IMG/VR virus record: IMGVR_UViG_3300042691_034547
Direction: 5' to 3' (one strand)
Length of the DNA stretch: 64,000 bases
Source of the DNA: an uncultured virus (IMG/VR IMGVR_UViG_3300042691_034547)
Lineage: Duplodnaviria; Heunggongvirae; Uroviricota; Caudoviricetes
The notes beneath the pieces are model-generated. The model was not told the origin of the DNA. It was given only the letters and a program-made list of their open reading frames with translations, and ran no database searches. A program made the translations under genes and the position numbers. Positions 48,901 to 57,660 of the stretch are shown here, one piece after another (positions within the stretch are counted from its first letter, which is position 1; each line of letters starts with the position of its first letter).

Positions 48901-50636
48901 TGCACATCAATTGCGCCGTCAGCCTCGTCATCAATAAACATAAATGTTGCAAGCTGAAGATCTAAATTATTGAAACGAAGTTTTCCAGTTCCTGGATCTG
49001 TTTCAGCTGCATTAGCTGTAAATGTGTAATCAAATGATGCACCGCCAAAATTACCTACAGGACCAGTTGCACCAGTAGGACCTGCGGCTCCAGTTGCACC
49101 AGTAGCTCCAGTTGGACCAGTTACTGTAGAAGCTGCTCCAGTAGGACCTGCTGGACCTGTATCACCAGTATTACCAATTGGACCTGTTGGACCAGTTGCG
49201 CCTTGCGGACCAGTTGCGCCAGCACCTGTTGCACCCGTAGCACCAACAGCACCAGTTGCACCTGTTGGACCTACTGGACCAGTATCACCAGTATTTCCTG
49301 TTGGACCGATTGCACCTGTTGGACCTGTTGCTCCTTGCGGACCTGTAGCTCCCGTCGCGCCTGTTGCACCTGTAGCGCCAGCTCCAGTTGCACCAGTTGC
49401 ACCTGTTGGACCTACATCACCAGTATCACCTTTTACGCCAGTTGCACCAGTAGGACCTGCAACTCCTTGTGCACCAGTTGCACCTGTTGCGCCAGTAGCA
49501 CCAACTGCACCAGTAGGACCTGCAGCACCAGTAGGACCAGGAACCGTACTTGGATCTCCAATAGGGCCAGTTGCACCAGTTGCACCCGTTGCACCAGTTG
49601 CACCAGTTGGGCCTTGAGCACCAACATCACCAGTGCGAGCAAAAGTAATTAATATGTCATCGTTTGCATCAAAGCTAGAAGCTAAACCAGAAACATAAGC
49701 GCAGTTAACTTTGAAGTAACCACTCTCTTCAGTTACAGAAGAGATTGTAAATAAAGCAAAATAATTAGAATCACTCTTGCGAGTAATCTTGAAATGTCCC
49801 TTTAAAGTGCTTGTACTATCATCAATTGTTCGTAAAAATGATTGAAGATCAATTGCTCCATCTGCTTCATCATCGATGAACATGTAAGTGGCAGCAGTTA
49901 AATCTCCATTGTTAAATTTAAGTTTTCCACTGCCCGGATCAGAATCTGTGTTATTTGTAGCAAATGTGTAATCAAATGCAGCTCCACCAAATGAGCCAGC
50001 GGGACCAGTTGCACCTGTTGGACCAGTTACATTTGAAGCAGCACCAGTTGCTCCAGTTGCACCTGTAGGGCCAGTTGCACCAGTTGGTCCTGTTACTGTA
50101 CTTGCAGCACCAGTTGCACCAGTAGGACCTGCGGGACCTGTAGATCCTGTTGCACCTGCGGGACCTGTTGCACCAGTGGCTCCAGTAGATCCAGTCGGTC
50201 CACCAGCTGGACCTGCGGGACCTGTTGGTCCTTGCGGACCTTGTGCTCCAACTAAACCACGAGGAATATCAGTGCCGAGAGGCGAGGTCGTTACTGGTTC
50301 TACCGTGTCTAGTTTTGTTATATCAACATTGGAAGCATCTCCAGTTGGGAGATAAAATCTAAAAGTATATGGACGAGCACCTTTTATACGAACTGTTGCG
50401 GTGTAATACCAACCACGAGGGCTTAAATCTAAATCATCTGTACAAGGAAGTTCTATATCAAACTCGCCAGAAGCGTCTAAAGTTACGGTGATAGGTGTAG
50501 ATAGAATCGTTGCGTCATTAGCATCTTCAATTCTGCTTGAAGGTGTGAAAGTAACTGTTCCAGAAGCTGCCAGCCCAGTACTTTTTAGGTACTGCCCAAA
50601 GACCGTTCTCACACTGACATCATTGGGATATGACAT
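45915..50636 (-). CDS. Very long collagen-like fibre protein with interspersed globular domains
   Basis: 1573 aa with extensive Gly-X-Thr triplets; N-terminal SGTVTFTP domain; duplicated internal domain. Confidence 0.9.
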   Translation of the reverse strand: MSYPNDVSVRTVFGQYLKSTGLAASGTVTFTPSSRIEDANDATILSTPITVTLDASGEFDIELPCTDDLDLSPRGWYYTATVRIKGARPYTFRFYLPTGDASNVDITKLDTVEPVTTSPLGTDIPRGLVGAQGPQGPTGPAGPAGGPTGSTGATGATGPAGATGSTGPAGPTGATGAASTVTGPTGATGPTGATGATGAASNVTGPTGATGPAGSFGGAAFDYTFATNNTDSDPGSGKLKFNNGDLTAATYMFIDDEADGAIDLQSFLRTIDDSTSTLKGHFKITRKSDSNYFALFTISSVTEESGYFKVNCAYVSGLASSFDANDDILITFARTGDVGAQGPTGATGATGATGATGPIGDPSTVPGPTGAAGPTGAVGATGATGATGAQGVAGPTGATGVKGDTGDVGPTGATGATGAGATGATGATGATGPQGATGPTGAIGPTGNTGDTGPVGPTGATGAVGATGATGAGATGPQGATGPTGPIGNTGDTGPAGPTGAASTVTGPTGATGATGAAGPTGATGPVGNFGGASFDYTFTANAAETDPGTGKLRFNNLDLQLATFMFIDDEADGAIDVQQFLRTIDDSTSPIKGHMRISNKTDSADFALFTITGAITEQSGYFKVPVSYVSGLATSFSNDEDIIVTFARTGDVGPQGVQGNPGDTGPTGAQGAQGPTGPTGAASTVPGPTGSVGATGPTGVKGDQGDIGPTGPTGATGAQGDSITGATGAQGPQGVTGPTGPIGPEGNSITGATGDTGPTGPTGATGSVGATGPSVTGATGPTGATGAQGIQGITGPTGATGEQGVIGATGATGATGPTGATGATGEQGIQGVTGPTGNTGLTGSTGPTGPTGATGATGSQGITGPTGTPGTGVSILGSYPDLASLQAAHPTGNPGDGYLVAGDLYVWDAVGSEWDNVGNIQGPTGSIGATGATGPTGPTGATGATGELGNFAIADSTPPVSPDNGDAWFNSNNGKVYVYYDGYWIETGAAPVGPTGPQGNAGPTGPTGATGVTGATGPTGFRGITGPAGATGATGATGPQGNIGQQGAVGSQGPTGPTGATGAASNVTGPTGSTGPTGPTGATGATGPTGPTGMQGEFVPAYATAPTGATPGDTWFETETGAVYVYYDGFWVEVGTTEFGGATGPTGATGQVGPTGPTGSTGLQGPTGPTGSTGATGPIVTGPTGPQGVGSQAKGFYNTYADFAAGAGASAGAVGDFYVIYAENTIYIYTANNGWIEAGALIGPTGSTGPVSTVPGPTGPTGATGPSVTGPTGAASNVTGPTGPTGPTGPGITGPTGAASNVTGPTGPTGPRGEKGGVTYFISSNGSAYSVTGLAGDNPNLVAVRGEKMFFDVSGVQVTNSLALRIASGSTTNVPGTTNNSTTLGRNLSSTDTVIVYDVPLNAPSQIVYQDVTDLNIGGVIDIVDKIGPTGPTGPQGPVGTPTITSYTPVFAGTGLTFTGTPGSGNYVKYGQNITVDIYIEMSNVSNFGTGQYSVSLPFLPASGTQPVLTGRLVLGADSYIIYAIAPVGSAIAALWYTDISNGEAAPLTGSAPISLTQSGIFSVSGSFMSVS

Positions 50637-50656
50637 ATTTGGCGCTCCGTGTCACG

Positions 50657-50703
50657 AAAAAACTTGAGTAAGAGCTGCACTGGTAACAGCCCTCTGGTCC
50701 AAG
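50657..50703 (-). terminator. Terminator-like hairpin plus U6 in the leader of the collagen operon
   Basis: Minus strand GAGGGCTGT-TACCAGT-GCAGCTCTT, outer CTTG/CAAG, then TTTTTT. Confidence 0.45.
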
Positions 50704-50762
50704 TTATATTTTACGATATTTTTTGTACAGTGACCTGAAAAAATCAACACTTACAAAGGCTC

Positions 50763-51977
50763 TTATCTAGGCAGCCTCAAAACGCAAAGATCTCTTCTTG
50801 GGTCGTAGTCTTTCCCTATAACCATAGTCAGCATTCCTGGCTGTGCTTCCTTGCCTGTTTTATCGCGGAACCAGTCGGAACCGCCATCTAAAGTAGGAGC
50901 TTGAGCCCAGAATCGGTTTCCATAGTCTATACATCTAAAGTTGTGATAGTGCCCCGAAACCCAGAGATCACAGCCTCCTAAAGCTGTCTGTCCGCCACTT
51001 TGTCCGTCTAGATACTTCTCTGTAGCGTTTGAATTGTTGCCAGCTTGGTGTCCGTGGAAAAGACCAAGCATTACTCCATTTATATCTACAGCTAAAGTTT
51101 GATGGCTTTTAGCTGGATATCTAAACTTAACATGAGATAAGTATTGATTTTCTGCACAAACATCCTCTACAGAGCTAGCTATCTCGGTATTCCAACCATC
51201 CGCTGGGTCAGCCACAACTTGTCGAGTTGCCTCATCGTGGTTTCCATTTACAACTGGAACTATTAATTCTTCACATAAAGGAGCCAGTGCTTTTATTTGA
51301 GCAATCAATAATCTTCTAGCAACTCTTACTTGTTCTGTTATACCCAAATCTGATGCCGCTTGGCCTTGTAACTTACCTTTTTGAGAGACAATACCTTCAA
51401 CATGATCGCCCGGTAAAGCAAGAACTATTGTTCCAAATTTCCTACCAATTTTTCTAAGTTCTTTAGCTCTTTCAACTGCTTCACTTGTTCCTCTATAAAA
51501 TCTATCTACAATCTCTGCAGTTCCTGTATCCCCTACACGCTTACCTATCTGTTGATCGCTTGCTACTACCATGTATGAAAGTGGGCCTGATACAGAGCCA
51601 ACGGGTTTGGTTGGCTTCCATTTTGATATCTGCTCACATAATTTTTCTACATCTAACTTTGTCTCTGAAGTTGTACCTGCTGGAACTAAATTTAATCTGA
51701 AAGCTTCTAGATAATCTCCACCATAAACTTGCCACCTAGATTTTCTAACAGAGGTAACTTCCCAACTGTTGGGATCTAAACCAGCTTCTTTTAAAAGCTC
51801 TGCAGCATCTGGTATGGATCCAGCAGTTCTAGGGGTAGAGACTACATACCCGCCATTTTCATCTATCTCAGAGTGAGGCCGCCAACTTTCATTTATAGGC
51901 TTTGCCCTAAGATCTGAGCCACTTTTACCTGGCTCCACTAGAGATGCTAGCTTTTTGAGAAGTTCTGAATCAGACAC
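50763..51977 (-). CDS. Calcineurin-like metallophosphoesterase (Mre11-like)
   Basis: SDQQIGK, GDHVEG, GNHDE, HGH and GHYH motifs; likely GTG start at 51977. Confidence 0.85.
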   Translation of the reverse strand: MSDSELLKKLASLVEPGKSGSDLRAKPINESWRPHSEIDENGGYVVSTPRTAGSIPDAAELLKEAGLDPNSWEVTSVRKSRWQVYGGDYLEAFRLNLVPAGTTSETKLDVEKLCEQISKWKPTKPVGSVSGPLSYMVVASDQQIGKRVGDTGTAEIVDRFYRGTSEAVERAKELRKIGRKFGTIVLALPGDHVEGIVSQKGKLQGQAASDLGITEQVRVARRLLIAQIKALAPLCEELIVPVVNGNHDEATRQVVADPADGWNTEIASSVEDVCAENQYLSHVKFRYPAKSHQTLAVDINGVMLGLFHGHQAGNNSNATEKYLDGQSGGQTALGGCDLWVSGHYHNFRCIDYGNRFWAQAPTLDGGSDWFRDKTGKEAQPGMLTMVIGKDYDPRRDLCVLRLPR

Positions 51978-52269
51978 TGGCCTCATCCTTCTTTTTATCA
52001 AAGGCCACTTTCTTACCTATATAACACCTGCATCTCTTTGCTCGATGCATTCTTATTGAGGCAAAGGCAATGATGTGACCTTCTTCTGTAAGAATTTTGT
52101 GTATTTGAACATTTGTAATACCGCCAGCGCTGCTTGGAGATTCAAAAACAAACTCCAAAGCTTTTCTATCATCTTCGCTGACCGATTCCAATATCTTGCT
52201 TACTCCGCAAGGCAAACCAGGGCCTTGAGGGCGTTTTTCACTTAGCAATCTATCTGCTAATTTAGACAT
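51970..52269 (-). CDS. Small hypothetical protein (possible Zn/HTH)
   Basis: C...HR-x-x-x-C-x-C pattern often seen before phage phosphoesterases. Confidence 0.65.
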   Translation of the reverse strand: MSKLADRLLSEKRPQGPGLPCGVSKILESVSEDDRKALEFVFESPSSAGGITNVQIHKILTEEGHIIAFASIRMHRAKRCRCYIGKKVAFDKKKDEASV

Positions 52270-52393
52270 CTTCGCTCCAAACCCTAAAGTATCACTGTAT
52301 TGTGATTCTTAGTAGTACGGAACTCTACCAGTAAGTAAACTTTATTTTTGTATTGAAATTGTTGGCGTGTCGCCCAAAAAAACTGCTTTAAAA

Positions 52394-52717
52394 CTATTCT
52401 ACTTTTTTAAGTCTTGCTCTTTTTGGCTTTGCTGCTGTCCCTAATAATATATCTTTAATTATACCCATTTCGGCTTTTAATTCTGTTTGACCTTTTTCAA
52501 TTTTATTGACTTGATCTTTTAGTGAGTCTCCACCATTTTCCCAAAGCTGGTGCTCGACTCTTTCCATACGATCTGATAGTGTTCTACCCTTAGCGTCCGT
52601 GCCAATAGCTGAGTCTATTCTTTTTGCAATCTTATATATTGAGAACATGAAAGCACCGACAGCGGTGATTGTTCCGAGTACAAGCATCACTGTAGAAAGT
52701 GCAGACATATCTGACAT
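52394..52717 (-). CDS. Membrane protein (DUF2746-like, often lysis-associated)
   Basis: N-terminal TM helix; ENGGDSLKDQVNKIE motif; coiled coil. Confidence 0.6.
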   Translation of the reverse strand: MSDMSALSTVMLVLGTITAVGAFMFSIYKIAKRIDSAIGTDAKGRTLSDRMERVEHQLWENGGDSLKDQVNKIEKGQTELKAEMGIIKDILLGTAAKPKRARLKKVE

Positions 52718-52750
52718 GATTACTCCATATATGGGTTATTGACTATAGCA

Positions 52751-52772
52751 ATTATAAAGTATGCGTGGTGTC
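52751..52772 (-). promoter_or_regulatory. Putative promoter GACAC-N11-TATAAT
   Basis: Perfect TATAAT (52751-52756, minus strand) with GACAC at 52768-52772. Confidence 0.5.
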
Positions 52773-52896
52773 TTGACTAGAGTCTAGGGTTTGCCTGTAT
52801 CCTTGGATAGACACGCCAAGGTCATTACCTCAGATACTTTGCCATTTGCATATCTGTTGGTAGGGTATCCAAAGTTTAGTAGGAGGTAGGGATTTA

Positions 52897-55527
52897 GTGA
52901 CGACGGGATCTGACAGATTTAAAAAAGCAGTCAGCTGGTACGCATCTCAGGGGTGGCAGATTCTTCCCTGTCACGGAATCGTAGATGGTCGCTGCACTTG
53001 TAATCAAAAGCATGAAGAATCAAAAGACATAGGAAAGCATCCAGCAATAAATGCTTGGAACCGAGAATCAACTTCTGACATTGTAAAACTTAATAACTGG
53101 TGGGAAACAAACCCTGAATTCAACATTGGCGTTAACTGCAAAACTTCTGGATTTTTTGTAATTGATATTGATCCTCGCTCTGGAGGAGAAGATTCTTTTG
53201 AAAAGTTTGAAGCATATGTTGAAGGAGCACTTCCTCCAACTGCTGAAGCAACAACTGGTCGCTACGACATAAATGGAAAAGTTATCAATGGTCGTCACCT
53301 TTTTTATAAGTGCGACATTAATGAAGATTTGATTGGTAATTTATCAAAACTAGGTTTTAAAGGAATTGATATCAAGCACAACGGATATGTGCTTATCGCT
53401 CCAAGCCGTCACTTCTCTGGTGTTACTTATGAATGGGTTGAAGGTAAGGAACCTTGGAACACTCCAATTGCAGAAGCTCCTGAAGAATTATTAAAAGCAC
53501 TCCGTAAGCGTCAAAGAGTTTCTGGTACAAGTAGTTACTCATCTGCTGACTGGGATTCAATACTTGATGAACCAATTAGTCAAGGTGTAGATATTGATCG
53601 AATACTTGAAGAAGGAATTGATGAGGGAGAGCGTGCTGTCATGCTCTTTAAACTTGCTTGTGCTCTTGGAAATAAATTTCCAATTCAAACAGTGGCGGGG
53701 CGTGAAGCTCTTATCTCTTTAATGATCCGTTTTAACGGTGAAAAAGTAAGACCTCCTATGCCGTTAGAAGGTCCTAACTCAGTAATAATGCATACTGAGC
53801 GTGCTATTGATTTTGTATTAAAAAATCCTATTATCGATAAAATTTGGCCAGGCGCAGCTCAATATGCAAACAACATGATTGAAGATACAAAACGCACTCA
53901 GAATGCTGGCAACCAACAACCTTTACTTGGTGTAGTTCAACCTCCTAAAGACTTTTTAGATGAATACAGTTTGCCTGGCACTTTTGGAGGCGCTGTAAAA
54001 GAGTCTATTGATAATGGTATGTCTTTAGAAGAAGCTTCTTCAAACGACAACATGGGCATAATAAAAGATCAAGATGCTATTAATGAAGAAGATAGAGGTC
54101 CAGATTGGAAAGGTAGATCTCTTTCAGATACTGGTAATGGCCGTAGATTAATTGATTCATTTGGTCAAGCTCTTCGTTATACTCCAGGACTTGGCTGGTT
54201 TGTGTGGAGTAATGGTTTTTGGAAGCCAGACCCAGAAGATTTAAATATACAAGAAGTTTCAAAAAAGCTTGGCTCTCTTATTGCTTCTGAAACTAATCGG
54301 TATAAAGAAGATGCCGATCAGCAAACAAAAGTTATTCAATGGGCCAATCAAGCTAAATCAGAAGCGAGGTTGAAGTCTGCAATTAATAACGCAAACTCAG
54401 ATCCTCGAATTAGAGTTGATGTAGAGAAATGGGATCAGGACCCGTATCTTCTTGGCGTGACGAACGGTGTTGTTGACCTCCGAACAGGTGAGCTCCTACA
54501 AGGTCGCCCAGATCTCTACATCACCAAGCGTGCTCCAGTTGCATACACTCGTGGAATGACCAACATGCGTTGGCAACAGTTCCTTGACTTTGCAACAGAT
54601 GGAGATAAAGAGTTCCAAGATTGGATTCAGCGTGCAGCTGGTTATTCAATGACTGGACTCAGCAGATACGACATTTTGTTCTTGGTATATGGACCAGCTG
54701 GTTCTGGTAAGAATACACTTGTTGAAGCTATCGTAAAGTGTCTTGGAAGTAGTCAGTACGCATTCCCACTTGATTCAAGCATTCTTGCTATGGATGGCGG
54801 GTCGTCACGAAGTACAGATCTTTATCACTGGGCTGAAATGCGTGGACGAAGAATGGTTTGGGTAGACGAGCTTCCAGACAATGAGCGCATCAAAGAAAAC
54901 TCAGTTAAGAAACTAACTGGTTCTTCTGAAATTTCTGCTCGTTCGCCAGGAGAAAAACCATTTACATTCCAATCACAAGCAAAGCTTTGGATTACAACTA
55001 ATCACAGACCAATTATTACTGACGATGCAATGTGGCGTCGTATTCGACCAATTCCTATGTTGAAGACTCCTGAGAAGGCAGATCCTGGACTAAAGGAATA
55101 TATCTTTGATCCAGATGGCGCTCTACCTGCAGTTTTATCTTGGGCAGTTGAAGGAGCTATCAAAGTTCTTGGTAGTGCTAATCGTGATGGCCTTGGATGG
55201 TGTCGTGCTGTTTCAGAAGCTGCAGATATGTATCGAAAGAACGAAGATCGAATTGCTCTATTTATTGAAGAAGAAACTATTAAATCAGAAGGCGCAAGTA
55301 TTACTGTTAAGCAGCTATTTATGATTTATCGTGCATGGAGCGAAGATCGTGGTGAGCGTCCTATGACTCAAATTGCTTTTGACAGAAAGATGCGTGAGCG
55401 AGGACTTAAAGTTGAAGGTAGTGGTGCTAAAGCAACTATCTACAATTTACAAATGGCTCCACGACAAGTTCCTATGAGCAGTACTCCAGACTGGAGTCTG
55501 ATAACTAGAACTGCTAAAAATATTTAG
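52897..55527 (+). CDS. Bifunctional primase-polymerase fused to a D5-like SF3 helicase
   Basis: GKHP, VIDIDP, GRHLFY and GYVLIAPS prim-pol motifs; YGPAGSGKNT, WVDE and ITTNH helicase motifs. Confidence 0.92.
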   Translation: MTTGSDRFKKAVSWYASQGWQILPCHGIVDGRCTCNQKHEESKDIGKHPAINAWNRESTSDIVKLNNWWETNPEFNIGVNCKTSGFFVIDIDPRSGGEDSFEKFEAYVEGALPPTAEATTGRYDINGKVINGRHLFYKCDINEDLIGNLSKLGFKGIDIKHNGYVLIAPSRHFSGVTYEWVEGKEPWNTPIAEAPEELLKALRKRQRVSGTSSYSSADWDSILDEPISQGVDIDRILEEGIDEGERAVMLFKLACALGNKFPIQTVAGREALISLMIRFNGEKVRPPMPLEGPNSVIMHTERAIDFVLKNPIIDKIWPGAAQYANNMIEDTKRTQNAGNQQPLLGVVQPPKDFLDEYSLPGTFGGAVKESIDNGMSLEEASSNDNMGIIKDQDAINEEDRGPDWKGRSLSDTGNGRRLIDSFGQALRYTPGLGWFVWSNGFWKPDPEDLNIQEVSKKLGSLIASETNRYKEDADQQTKVIQWANQAKSEARLKSAINNANSDPRIRVDVEKWDQDPYLLGVTNGVVDLRTGELLQGRPDLYITKRAPVAYTRGMTNMRWQQFLDFATDGDKEFQDWIQRAAGYSMTGLSRYDILFLVYGPAGSGKNTLVEAIVKCLGSSQYAFPLDSSILAMDGGSSRSTDLYHWAEMRGRRMVWVDELPDNERIKENSVKKLTGSSEISARSPGEKPFTFQSQAKLWITTNHRPIITDDAMWRRIRPIPMLKTPEKADPGLKEYIFDPDGALPAVLSWAVEGAIKVLGSANRDGLGWCRAVSEAADMYRKNEDRIALFIEEETIKSEGASITVKQLFMIYRAWSEDRGERPMTQIAFDRKMRERGLKVEGSGAKATIYNLQMAPRQVPMSSTPDWSLITRTAKNI

Positions 55528-56933
55528 CGTTTAGGACTAAAGACTCTAGCTCCACCGCCACCATTCCTAAATGGCGGAAGTCTTCTTGCAGATGGCGATT
55601 TAGCTGTGATTCGACCACCAACAAAACCCTCTGGTGGCTTAATCATCAATGCGGTTAGTGCATGTACTAATGCGTCAACTCTGTCTGGAGACTTTCCTTC
55701 TCCTGGAATCCACTGTGTCATTTGGCTCTCGAGATCTGTTAAATATCCTAAATGATGAACTCTTCCTTGCTCATATGCAAGAACAGTTGGTTCAGCACGA
55801 AGCTGTTTGCCGTGCTTTGAATGAACTTCAAGAACTTTTACATTTGGATCAATAGCATTAATAGCGTTTCTTACCAAAGCTCCACCTTGATTTACTTCAG
55901 CTACAACTGGTGCACCCCAGCGCTTAGACATCTCTACAACTTTATTTGCCCAAAGCTCTGGAGATCCATGAACTGTTGCATCTTCTAAAACCCAAGCGTG
56001 TCTCTTATATAAATCTCTATCTGCAGTTGCAGCGCATACAATAATTCCACACTCATCTCGTGGATTTTCTGCCACAGATGGATCAACGCCAATAATTCTT
56101 AGCGGTGTAGATGGTGGTAGAACTCCTTGCCGTGAAGCTTCAATCATTTCAATTGTCCACAATGCGCCTTCAACATCTGAAAGCATCTCACCATAAAGTT
56201 CCTGCTGAGCAAGTCTTGTTCCTTGATAAACTCCAACAATTGTGTCTAGATATGTTTGACTTAAGTTTCCTCTGTTGTCAAGAGTAGATCCACGAGTAAC
56301 AACTACCTTGCCAGTTGTTTCTGCTTCTTTTAAAAGTTGATATAAAAGCGGTACACGCTTTGGAGTAGTAGTAACCATGATTTGCGGATGAGCACCAAGA
56401 CGAGTACCGACACGCAAGTTATCAAATGCGGTCATACCTGCAGCATCTGGTGTTTGTCTCCACGCTGCCACCTCATCGCCCCATGCATGTGTGAACTGCG
56501 GACCACGAAGTGAGTCAGGTTCGTCTGCGGTAAAGCATGTTGCGGTATTTCCATTAGGCCATGTAAGGCGACGCTTTGAAGGCTCGTATATTGGGCGCTC
56601 GCTAGGTGGAGTCACATTCATAATGCCTGACTCACCTTCAACAATTACATCTCGCACATCAGCTGCGGTACGAGCTACTAACGCAAATCTGCGCTGCCCT
56701 GTTGTTGTGTATTTCGCTTGTTCTCTAACCCACTCGGCAGCGGCACGGGTTTTACCCGCACCGCGGCCAGCGAGATAGATCCATATATTCCAATTACCTG
56801 CTGGTGCTAGTTGTTCAGGTCTTCCCCAAACAGACCAGTCCCAGTTAAGACTTTTTTCATCGAATCCAGCAAGTAATCTTTTTTGTTCTTCTTCAGGTAA
56901 GAGCATTAACTCTTCCATAATGCTTTTACCCAT
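55524..56933 (-). CDS. Terminase large subunit
   Basis: AGRGAGKT, AWGDE, VTTTP, IIGVDPS and DRVDAL motifs. Confidence 0.93.
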   Translation of the reverse strand: MGKSIMEELMLLPEEEQKRLLAGFDEKSLNWDWSVWGRPEQLAPAGNWNIWIYLAGRGAGKTRAAAEWVREQAKYTTTGQRRFALVARTAADVRDVIVEGESGIMNVTPPSERPIYEPSKRRLTWPNGNTATCFTADEPDSLRGPQFTHAWGDEVAAWRQTPDAAGMTAFDNLRVGTRLGAHPQIMVTTTPKRVPLLYQLLKEAETTGKVVVTRGSTLDNRGNLSQTYLDTIVGVYQGTRLAQQELYGEMLSDVEGALWTIEMIEASRQGVLPPSTPLRIIGVDPSVAENPRDECGIIVCAATADRDLYKRHAWVLEDATVHGSPELWANKVVEMSKRWGAPVVAEVNQGGALVRNAINAIDPNVKVLEVHSKHGKQLRAEPTVLAYEQGRVHHLGYLTDLESQMTQWIPGEGKSPDRVDALVHALTALMIKPPEGFVGGRITAKSPSARRLPPFRNGGGGARVFSPKR

Positions 56934-56939
56934 AACTAC

Positions 56940-57404
56940 CTACTTTGTTCGTTGAAGACTTCTCTGTACTCCATAGTATAGAGGTGCAGCTGAGCTTAGA
57001 CCCAGTTCTTTTGCAAGTCTTGACAAAGAAACTCCTGCTTTATATTCAGCAGCAAGTTGATCGTGATAAGCGTCAACGCCAATCTCTTTAGCACTTTTAA
57101 CACGATTAGCTGCTTCAATATAAGACTCTGGAGTTAGTTTTATAGAGGACTGACTTTTAATAGCTGATACAGCAACATTGTCCATTACAACTCGTCTGCG
57201 TAATCCAGCGTATGCAACCTTAAGTTCTTTTGCTAACTTTGGAAGACTTCCGCCTCGCTTGTGATACTCAATAAGAAGTTGTGTGTACTGACGACTTGCA
57301 TCGTGGGCAGGGCTAGATTTACTTCTAGCACCAAAAGCTTTCTTTGCCAATGGAAGAATTGGCTCAATCTTTGATTTGTATTCTTGGACTAGATTCTCGT
57401 CCAC
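56940..57404 (-). CDS. Tandem-HTH DNA-binding protein (possible terminase small subunit or regulator)
   Basis: Two repeats: GGSLPKLAKELKVAY and GVSLSRLAKELGLSS. Confidence 0.7.
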   Translation of the reverse strand: MDENLVQEYKSKIEPILPLAKKAFGARSKSSPAHDASRQYTQLLIEYHKRGGSLPKLAKELKVAYAGLRRRVVMDNVAVSAIKSQSSIKLTPESYIEAANRVKSAKEIGVDAYHDQLAAEYKAGVSLSRLAKELGLSSAAPLYYGVQRSLQRTK

Positions 57405-57448
57405 GGTGTCTCCTATGTCTCTATATAGGGCTAATTCCCTATGAGACT

Positions 57449-57476
57449 ATTGTATAGAAGACTAGGGCAAAGTCAA
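57449..57476 (-). promoter_or_regulatory. Putative promoter TTGACT-N16-TACAAT
   Basis: Near-consensus hexamers upstream of the HTH and terminase genes. Confidence 0.55.
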
Positions 57477-57486
57477 GAAAGGTATA

Positions 57487-57660
57487 TTATTCGTCGTCTC
57501 GGGCGTTTCGGATTGGGTATGTAGCCCACCAAACGACCATAGAAAAGACAATAGCATACCCAACGACAGTCTTGGCCGAGCCATCAAGGACTAGCCAAGC
57601 AATAAACATGCCTAGCAGGGTCCAGACTTGATCCAAGACATCTCTTAGGAAGTCTTTCAC
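57487..57660 (-). CDS. Small two-TM membrane protein, 57 aa (not in the ORF track)
   Basis: Hand-translated [61 protein letters not shown] overlap with the upstream stop; AAGGAG RBS. Confidence 0.75.
   Translation of the reverse strand: MKDFLRDVLDQVWTLLGMFIAWLVLDGSAKTVVGYAIVFSMVVWWATYPIRNARDDE

Noticed and set aside
48670..49995. Duplicated segment as a DGR template/variable repeat pair
   Set aside because: Differences in the compared stretch are mostly synonymous and not adenine-specific, both copies are in frame, and no reverse transcriptase is in the window
41524..50300. Dense 9-nt periodic repeats (GGACCAGTT/GGACCTGTA) as a CRISPR array or satellite
   Set aside because: They are degenerate codons for Gly-Pro-Thr/Gly-Ala-Thr collagen; there are no constant repeats with unique spacers
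52362..52819. 10-bp inverted repeat flanking the membrane gene as IS ends or an invertible segment
   Set aside because: Too short, with no transposase or target duplication; better explained as a regulatory motif
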